IMG/VR virus record: IMGVR_UViG_3300014556_000001
From: a virus
Reading direction: 5' to 3' (one strand)
Length of the DNA stretch: 46,977 nucleotides
In this document: positions 16,010-21,996 of the stretch, in pieces
How positions within the stretch are numbered: the stretch's first letter is position 1
How the letters are laid out: every line of letters begins with the position of its first letter
Made by a program: the position numbers and the translations under genes
The notes under the pieces: generated by a model
Seen by the model: the letters and a program-made list of their open reading frames with translations, nothing else
What the model was told of the DNA's origin: nothing
Database searches by the model: none

Positions 16010-16565
16010 TGTTGTAAAAGGCAGAGGCGGTAAAAATAACTTCGGTACGTCCAACAAGGCAGCTCTTGCGAAAGATAGCGCTTTTGTCGGAAAAATGGTC
16101 AGAGAAGTCTATGTTGCTTACAAACAGCCAAAAGTTAAATCAAACGCTGAACTCGTAGATAGACTCGATAAGTATTTTAAACACTGTGCTGAAAATAATA
16201 TCATTCCTACCGTTGAGGAAATGTGCCTGTTCACGGGTTACTCAAATAAGACTGTTTGGGATTGGGAGAAAGGCAGATCACACCCGTTTGACGATGGAGA
16301 GTTGAACGTTTCGACGTCCGAAATTATAAAAAATGCCAAGAGTTTTATGTGTGCTTTTGATGCAAAATTGGTGCTGGCAGGCAAGCTAAATCCTGTGACT
16401 TACATCTTCCGTGCAAAGAACTACTACGGTATGAGTGACAGGCAGGAAGTCGAGATCACAAAGACCAATCAGCTTGGCGACAATCTGACCGATGATGAGC
16501 TTGCAAAGAAGCTCATGAAAGAAACTGAGGTCATAGACGTTGAAGCTTCTGAAGCTGAGGAATAG
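15999..16565 (+). CDS. terS: Terminase small subunit
   Basis: IPTVEEMCLFTGYSNKTVWDWEKG HTH as in Terminase_2-type TerS. ATG 15999 follows AAGGAGG. Acidic C-terminus. Confidence 0.7.
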   Translation: MANDVVKGRGGKNNFGTSNKAALAKDSAFVGKMVREVYVAYKQPKVKSNAELVDRLDKYFKHCAENNIIPTVEEMCLFTGYSNKTVWDWEKGRSHPFDDGELNVSTSEIIKNAKSFMCAFDAKLVLAGKLNPVTYIFRAKNYYGMSDRQEVEITKTNQLGDNLTDDELAKKLMKETEVIDVEASEAEE

Positions 16566-16568
16566 CAA

Positions 16569-16640
16569 GCGACTATCACTCACACGCTGAGCGACTATCA
16601 AACGACTATCAAACGACTATGAAACGCACACGGAAACGTA
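16569..16640. repeat. Four CGACTATCA-type repeats merging into AAACG phased about every 11 bp
   Basis: GCGACTATCA at 16569 and 16591, CGACTATCA at 16603, CGACTATGA at 16614. AAACG at about 16600, 16611, 16622 and 16634. Confidence 0.6.
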
Positions 16641-16707
16641 AAAGTTTTCACACGCAATAGTCGAAATAAATATGAATAGAAAATCGGTAAGAAAACAGCT
16701 GAAAATA

Positions 16708-16748
16708 CGCCGCCTGAGGGGTTGACCTTTGGGCGGCGGTGATTTTAT
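16708..16748 (+). terminator. Candidate intrinsic terminator after terS
   Basis: 7-bp all-GC stem CGCCGCC (16708-14) / GGCGGCG (16732-38), followed by GTGATTTTATCG. The 17-nt loop makes it atypical. Confidence 0.4.
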
Positions 16749-17053
16749 CGAAAAATCATGCACACACCACAAGGCGGCCAGCAAGCCCCGTATGACGTTT
16801 TAATGCTTATGACGGAAGTTTATAGGTAACACATTGAAACGTCATAGGGTGCACGCTAGGGGCATTGTAGAACGTTATAACAATAACAATGCTGCAAAGA
16901 TATCACCGCTAGGCCGTCCAGTGCGTCGCAAGAGCCGTCGGACAGCATTGAGCAGTAAAGATATAGGGGTATGATATCGGACCGCATATGCGGGCGAATG
17001 GGCGGCAAGGGGTGGGATAAAAAAGCAACGCCCACCCCACAATCAGCGGAGCA

Positions 17054-17125
17054 GGCAAAAAAGCCCGCCAAAGCCGGAGCCTTGGCGGGTAAAAATATAG
17101 GGGGCTGATACCGTCAACCCCCTAG
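17054..17125 (-). terminator. Two tandem intrinsic terminators for the minus-strand three-gene operon
   Basis: CCCGCCAA/TTGGCGGG (17064-71/17082-89) followed on the minus strand by CTTTTTTG. GGGGG/CCCCC (17100-04/17118-22) followed by TATATTTTTA. Confidence 0.55.
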
Positions 17126-17192
17126 AGCGGCTATTTGTAACGCTTTGCCGTTCTGATAACCACCAGAACAGGGAACAGAAACAGTGCAATTA

Positions 17193-17429
17193 TTAGCATG
17201 CGGTCACCGCCTCCGCGTCGGAAAAACGCGCGCCAAAAAAGAAATACGTGCGTTTTTTAGAAATGCTGACGCGTTCAAATACTGCATCTGTGCAATTTAT
17301 CTTTGACCGCTCGCAGGCGGTCAAGAGTTCGTTTCCTATCAATATCCCGTCAAAAATATGACGTCCGCAGCTGTCAGTTTTGTAAATTTTTTTTTGGTCA
17401 TACTGCGGTTTTACACGGAAATACGTCAT
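17193..17429 (-). CDS. Hypothetical 78-aa protein, third gene of the cassette operon
   Basis: ORF track. RBS-like GGGGGGTGA 5 nt upstream. The ORF contains a hairpin, so its coding status is uncertain. Confidence 0.5.
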   Translation of the reverse strand: MTYFRVKPQYDQKKIYKTDSCGRHIFDGILIGNELLTACERSKINCTDAVFERVSISKKRTYFFFGARFSDAEAVTAC

Positions 17430-17441
17430 GTAATCACCCCC

Positions 17442-17666
17442 CTATTCTGCCAGTCCGTCAAGATATGCGGCGCAGGCTTTCGGCGTTTCTCCACCGCCGA
17501 ACAATCGGCGGACGCCACCGTCTGCATTTATGCGGCGGTCAACGGCATAGCCGTATATATCACGGTATATCTGTATAGCACCGATATCACCAGCGCCAAG
17601 GTTATGGGCGGCGTTGATTGTTGCCGCCCTGCGTTTCAGTTCGTTAAATGTGATACGTGTTCTCAT
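17442..17666 (-). CDS. Hypothetical 74-aa protein
   Basis: MRTRITFNELKRRAATINAAHNLG... GGAGG RBS upstream of ATG 17666. Visibly GC-rich codons compared with the rest of the phage. Confidence 0.6.
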   Translation of the reverse strand: MRTRITFNELKRRAATINAAHNLGAGDIGAIQIYRDIYGYAVDRRINADGGVRRLFGGGETPKACAAYLDGLAE

Positions 17667-17682
17667 AGTGTTGTACCTCCTG

Positions 17683-17868
17683 TTATTCATTAATCGTGTA
17701 ACTGTATGGTTTGCCGTCCTCGGCTCTGCGTGCGGCGCATATTGGGATGCCGTGCATATTCGTTATTAACACGCTGTCTCCGCCGAGGTTCTGCAGGTGT
17801 TTCGCTGCGTTTCTGCTGGTGCTGATGATCGTGTTTCTGTAACCGTAATGTACTAGATAGTTTTTCAT
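17683..17868 (-). CDS. Hypothetical 61-aa protein, first gene of the cassette operon
   Basis: ORF track. RBS GGCAGGAGGTAAAAC upstream of the ATG. Confidence 0.6.
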   Translation of the reverse strand: MKNYLVHYGYRNTIISTSRNAAKHLQNLGGDSVLITNMHGIPICAARRAEDGKPYSYTINE

Positions 17869-17921
17869 GTTTTACCTCCTGCCCTGTGGGCTGTCTTGCC
17901 GTGGTTTTTGTTTCTGTTATT

Positions 17922-17950
17922 ATAATATCACGATTTCGTGATATTGTCAA
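17922..17950 (-). promoter_or_regulatory. Sigma-70-type promoter (TTGACA-17-TATTAT) whose spacer is a 10-bp-arm palindrome operator
   Basis: Minus strand reads TTGACAATATCACGAAATCGTGATATTAT. Palindrome AATATCACGA/TCGTGATATT at 17924-17945. An extra half-site lies at 17969-17978. Confidence 0.6.
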
Positions 17951-18171
17951 TAGGTTTTTATCATGTTTTCGTGATATTTTTTATCTTTGTTGAATGTGTA
18001 CAAAAAATCAAAAGATATTGAACACATTTGTACAAACAAGATCATGATAAACGGCCGCTATTATTATATATACCTTTATAAACGGGAAAAATGACCCACC
18101 CCCAGGGGTCTTACAGGACGGACCCACCCCCTTCACTCAACCCCCCGACTAGAAAAAATATAAAAAAGGGG

Positions 18172-18200
18172 TTGACAATATCATGAATAGGTGATATAAT
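18172..18200 (+). promoter_or_regulatory. Consensus promoter (TTGACA-17-TATAAT), a near-copy of the 17922-17950 promoter in the opposite orientation
   Basis: TTGACAATATCATGAATAGGTGATATAAT. The spacer carries ATATCA..TGATAT half-sites. It lies 27 nt upstream of HTH gene ATG 18227. Confidence 0.7.
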
Positions 18201-18226
18201 GAAGCCAATGAAAGGAGCGACATTAA

Positions 18227-18487
18227 ATGATAATCACAACAGCTATTAAAGACATCATGAAAAAACGTGGAGTAACTCAAAATGAGCTTAAAGAAAAGCT
18301 AGGATACAGAACACAATCAGCTATAGCTGAACGTCTGAAGCAAAAAAGCATTGGCGTTGATAAAGCATTTGAAATGTTAGACGCAATGGGCTATGAAATA
18401 ATCATACAGCCAAAAAGCACGCGTGGCAAAAGAGCAACGGGATCATATGTGATAACAAAAGAGGACGAGCAGGAAGAAAAACAATGA
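18227..18487 (+). CDS. XRE-like HTH regulator with an acidic tail
   Basis: KKRGVTQNELKEKLGYRTQSAIAERLKQ helix-turn-helix. RBS AAAGGAG. Confidence 0.75.
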   Translation: MIITTAIKDIMKKRGVTQNELKEKLGYRTQSAIAERLKQKSIGVDKAFEMLDAMGYEIIIQPKSTRGKRATGSYVITKEDEQEEKQ

Positions 18488-18545
18488 ATGGAGAAACAGC
18501 AGGTCAGGCAGGGAGAACAGTAGGAAACATAAAGGGTGATGTGCA

Positions 18546-19115
18546 ATGGTATACGGATATGCAAGAGTCAGCTCCGTAGGACAGATAGACGGAAACAGCT
18601 TTGAGGACCAAGAGAAGCTTATAAAAAGCAACTATCCAAATGCAGAAATACATCTGGAACAGGGCTCAGGTGCAAAAGAGCGTAAAGTGTTGAATGAAAT
18701 AATGAATAAAGCAGTTTCAGGCGACACGATAGTAGTAACAAAGCTTGACCGCTTCTGCAGGTCAACAGCGTTAGGTTTGGAGTATATCGAGCGCATGAGA
18801 GCGAAAGGTGTCAAGATACACATTCTCAACATGGGTCTGATAGAAAACACACCGATAGGCAAGCTGATTGTCACAAACCTGTTGGCATTTGCCGAGTTTG
18901 AGAGAGCGATGATACTTGAACGAACGCAATCAGGCAAAGCTATTGCACGTCAAAAAGAAGGCTACCAGGAAGGCAGACCGAAAACTGTAAACATACCTGA
19001 TGAGGTAAAGCAAAAGGTCGATAGTGGTAAAATGACAGTAGCCGCCGCCTGCCGTGAACTTGGCATAAGCCGTTCAACGTGGTATAATGAAATGAGAGCA
19101 GCAAGAACAGAATGA
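18546..19115 (+). CDS. Small serine recombinase (resolvase/invertase family) with a C-terminal HTH
   Basis: [13 protein letters not shown] (catalytic Ser), [28 protein letters not shown], and C-terminal [14 protein letters not shown]. Confidence 0.9.
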   Translation: MVYGYARVSSVGQIDGNSFEDQEKLIKSNYPNAEIHLEQGSGAKERKVLNEIMNKAVSGDTIVVTKLDRFCRSTALGLEYIERMRAKGVKIHILNMGLIENTPIGKLIVTNLLAFAEFERAMILERTQSGKAIARQKEGYQEGRPKTVNIPDEVKQKVDSGKMTVAAACRELGISRSTWYNEMRAARTE

Positions 19116-19148
19116 TATAACAGCAGAACGATAATAAAAAAATAGAGC

Positions 19149-19176
19149 GTGCCAAGTGCCGAGTGCCAAGTGCCAC
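19149..19176. repeat. Four tandem heptamers: GTGCCAA GTGCCGA GTGCCAA GTGCCAC
   Basis: Read directly. The last unit pairs with TGTGGCACT at 19205-19213, enclosing the terL RBS and start codon. Confidence 0.8.
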
Positions 19177-19201
19177 ATAGCTGACGATGAAAGGAGGCTA
19201 G

Positions 19202-20920
19202 TTGTGTGGCACTATTTTTATGCCATGCAGAAAAAGTATGATAGATCTGACAGTAGTAGGCAACAGAGCATTAAGCAAAGAAGATATGTTTAAGCTTGCA
19301 CAAAAGCAGGCAAATGGTGAGTTGAAAACAGAACAGCTCCTGCTTGAAACGTTGAAAGTACAGGACGAAAAGAAGAAGCCGATGATAGAGGCGGCAAAGC
19401 ATAGCTATGAGAGCGCAATGAGAAAAACAAGCGAACTTGCAAAAGCAGGCAAAGCAAAACTCGCAAAAGAGTGGTATGACCTGGCTCACAAATTCGTACT
19501 GTGGGCAGGCGACAGCAATTTTGACGCATATATGCTGGCTTCCGAATGGAACAGAGAGCCAAGCGCTAAGTTCTGGGCACCAAGGAGAGCTGTTCTTGAG
19601 GGCAAGCACAAGTTGGCAACGCAGATACAAGAGTTCATAGACGATGAGGACGCCCTGTTTCTGAGCTTGAGCACGCCCCCAGGTGCAGGCAAGAGTACGC
19701 TTATAAAGTTTCTGCTGTCATACATTGCAGGACTGTTTCCGCAGTCTGCGAACATATACACATCATACTCAGACGGAATGTCGAAAATGATGTATGACAG
19801 TGTGGTATCAATGTTAACGGACACAAGTGAATATGGGCACAACGATATATTCGACAATGGTATGCCTACATTGAGTGCAGAGTACAACACTATATCGTAC
19901 CGAAAAAAAGGCGACTTCCCTACTATCGGAGTTATCTCCCTGGGCGGTTCGGTAACAGGTCGAACGAGAGCAAATAAGTTCATGATAACAGATGACCTCG
20001 TGAAGAATGCGGAAGTGGCAAGAAACCCGCAAAGGCTTGAAACACTGTGGCAGGATTACAGAGATACGCTGACAACCCGACAGATAGGCGATAATGTAAA
20101 GCAAATAATGCTCGGTACGATATGGAGTTTGCATGACCCTATCAGCCGAATGCGAACTGATCATGAGGGAGATCCGCGATATAGATTTATTGCGATACCC
20201 GTATGTGACGATAACGGCCATAGTAATTTCAATTACAACTGTGCGGACAGATACACAGATAAAAAAATACGTGACATAAAAGCAGACATAGATAATGTCA
20301 CATTTAGTTGCCTGTATATGCAGCAACCTATGGAACGTGAAGGTCTGCTCTTCCATAAGGACGAAATGAACTGGTATAACGGAACACTGCCTGACGGCTC
20401 TGCAAGAAGAATAGCTGTGTGTGATGTGGCGTGGGGCGGTGACTATCTGGCAATGCCGATAGGATATCTGTATGAGGACGGAAGTTTGTTTTTGCAAGAC
20501 GTGGTTTTCAGCAAGGGTGATAAAAAAATCACACAGCCAATGGTTGTGGCAAAGAGCATACAACATCAGATACATCAAGAGAGGTTTGAAGGTAATAACG
20601 GCGGAGATGAATATGCGAATGAGATAGATAAACAGCTGAGAGCACAGAACGTCCACATAAATATCAGCAGTAAACGTGCGTCGACAGCACAGAGCAAGCT
20701 TAGCCGAATATTGCAATATGCACCTGACATAAAACAGGTGTATTATCGCAACGATAACGGCAGAGGTGAGATGTACGATAAATTTCTGGAAAATCTGTTT
20801 GCATTTAATCAGAGCGGTAAAAACGCACATGATGACGCCCCCGACAGCATGGCACAGCTGTGTGCGTTTGCAACAAATGGCGTAGGCGCAAGTGTAGAAA
20901 TTATCAAGAGGATTATATAG
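19202..20920 (+). CDS. terL: Terminase large subunit
   Basis: Walker A LSTPPGAGKST, Walker B KFMITDDLV, and nuclease-domain C-terminus NAHDDAPDSM. Start is TTG 19202, or ATG 19220 or 19238. Confidence 0.9.
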   Translation: MCGTIFMPCRKSMIDLTVVGNRALSKEDMFKLAQKQANGELKTEQLLLETLKVQDEKKKPMIEAAKHSYESAMRKTSELAKAGKAKLAKEWYDLAHKFVLWAGDSNFDAYMLASEWNREPSAKFWAPRRAVLEGKHKLATQIQEFIDDEDALFLSLSTPPGAGKSTLIKFLLSYIAGLFPQSANIYTSYSDGMSKMMYDSVVSMLTDTSEYGHNDIFDNGMPTLSAEYNTISYRKKGDFPTIGVISLGGSVTGRTRANKFMITDDLVKNAEVARNPQRLETLWQDYRDTLTTRQIGDNVKQIMLGTIWSLHDPISRMRTDHEGDPRYRFIAIPVCDDNGHSNFNYNCADRYTDKKIRDIKADIDNVTFSCLYMQQPMEREGLLFHKDEMNWYNGTLPDGSARRIAVCDVAWGGDYLAMPIGYLYEDGSLFLQDVVFSKGDKKITQPMVVAKSIQHQIHQERFEGNNGGDEYANEIDKQLRAQNVHINISSKRASTAQSKLSRILQYAPDIKQVYYRNDNGRGEMYDKFLENLFAFNQSGKNAHDDAPDSMAQLCAFATNGVGASVEIIKRII

Positions 20921-21019
20921 GGGGACTTAAATAAGGAAAATTTATAGGCAGACGCTGAAATGAAAGCGAATTGTGCAACATGAACAAAAATGTTGAATAA
21001 TATTTTACATAGTGTGAAG

Positions 21020-21048
21020 TGGAAAAAGTTGAAAAGTAGTATTATAAT
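21020..21048 (+). promoter_or_regulatory. Possible promoter (TGGAAA-17-TATAAT) for the KTR-like gene
   Basis: TATAAT at 21043-48. The -35 element is weak. Confidence 0.3.
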
Positions 21049-21071
21049 AAGCTTGTCAGGAGGGATAGGTA

Positions 21072-21260
21072 ATGGATAATAGGCGCATACATAATAGGCG
21101 CATAGATGTATATTGTCCGAGCTGTGCGGCGGCAGGCATAAAGCGAAAGCTTATGGAAGTCGATAATGACGCAAAGGGCGTTATCTATCCATACTGCAAG
21201 GGCTGTAAGAAAAACGTTGCAGTTAAATTGCCCATAAGTGCTGAAAAGCACCTCCGTTAA
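21072..21260 (+). CDS. 62-aa cysteine-rich KTR-like zinc-ribbon mini-protein
   Basis: VYCPSCAAAGIKRKLMEV...YPYCKGCKKNVAVKL: two CxxC pairs spaced as in the Cys-rich KTR family. RBS AGGAGGG. Confidence 0.6.
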   Translation: MDNRRIHNRRIDVYCPSCAAAGIKRKLMEVDNDAKGVIYPYCKGCKKNVAVKLPISAEKHLR

Positions 21261-21261
21261 G

Positions 21262-21829
21262 TTAATTTACGGGGCGAAAGCCCCGTATGTTCCGCAAAGT
21301 CAGAGTGGGTGCAATTCCCACACGGAACACCAAGCCTGTTATAAGTCTGTCGGCCAAGGTCGATAACGAATAACTTAAAAACCACACATTGATGGCTGTG
21401 TGTCGCTGGGTAGAATAGCCTAGGGTACTTTTTTACAATGAATTTATTTTCCTTAAAGCTAAATTCATTTCGTCAGCTGGAACGAAATCCAGCCAACCAA
21501 CGGGTTAATGCTTAATCCCGTATCAAAAGGCATATCATTCCTTTACTCTGCCAACACTGATGAGTGTTCGGGCAGGATCGCAAAGCTGTATTGCAACAGG
21601 TACAGCTTTGAATTTGCAGGTTGAGAGCGTGCCAGCTCGAAGCCTGCTCCATTTGGCAGCTGCTATCCTCTCCAGGTATCACCCACAAAGCAGTTGCCAT
21701 GCAAGCTTGTCCAAGCTTGATCTCCTTTCTGTTTTTACAGCGGCGGTAACACGCCGCACATGTCGGCTGACAGTGTGAGCCTGAAAGTCGGCACCATAAG
21801 AATATTAAGTGCCAAGTGTTTAATTACCA
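21262..21829 (+). ncRNA. Candidate large structured non-coding RNA (about 570 nt). Class unknown; ROOL/GOLLD-like context.
   Basis: No credible ORF. At least 10 perfect helices, including a GAAA tetraloop hairpin at 21268-21287 and a 10-bp helix at 21581-21610. Ends at a strong terminator. Confidence 0.45.
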
Positions 21830-21877
21830 AGTGCCTATTAGTTATCTAAAAAAGATAGCTGATAGGCACTTTTTTTG
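21830..21877 (+). terminator. Strong intrinsic terminator
   Basis: 17-bp stem AGTGCCTATTAGTTATC / GATAGCTGATAGGCACT (two G-U pairs), loop TAAAAAA, then seven T. Confidence 0.75.
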
Positions 21878-21996
21878 TTGCACGGAGGTGAAACAATACG
21901 GAATTACACGGCAGACGAAAAATCCTTCTGAATGAAAGAGATATTACAGAAGAAAACATTATTGAAATAGTTCGGAGAGCGGTCGCAACTCACGAA

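Noticed and set aside
16853-16862. Shared 10-mer CACGCTAGGG between the cassette (16853) and the repeat array (46209), as evidence for a link between the two regions
   Set aside because: In 47 kb, roughly a thousand chance 10-mer matches between position pairs are expected. A single shared 10-mer with no flanking similarity is not meaningful.
19814-20830. 338-aa minus-strand ORF antisense to terL, and similar antisense ORFs at 8134-8799, 2482-3024, 29188-29781 and 30883-31320
   Set aside because: Each is fully embedded opposite a well-supported gene with clear motifs. They have no RBS, and their translations are Cys/Ile/Phe-rich with no motifs. They are antisense-frame artefacts.
21262-21880. 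Group I or group II intron interrupting terL or portal
   Set aside because: terL ends with a complete nuclease domain and a stop codon. The portal N-terminal sequence begins only after the terminator. I could not recognise a group II domain V or a 5' GUGYG, and there is no intron-encoded ORF (RT or homing endonuclease). Covariance-model searches should still be run.
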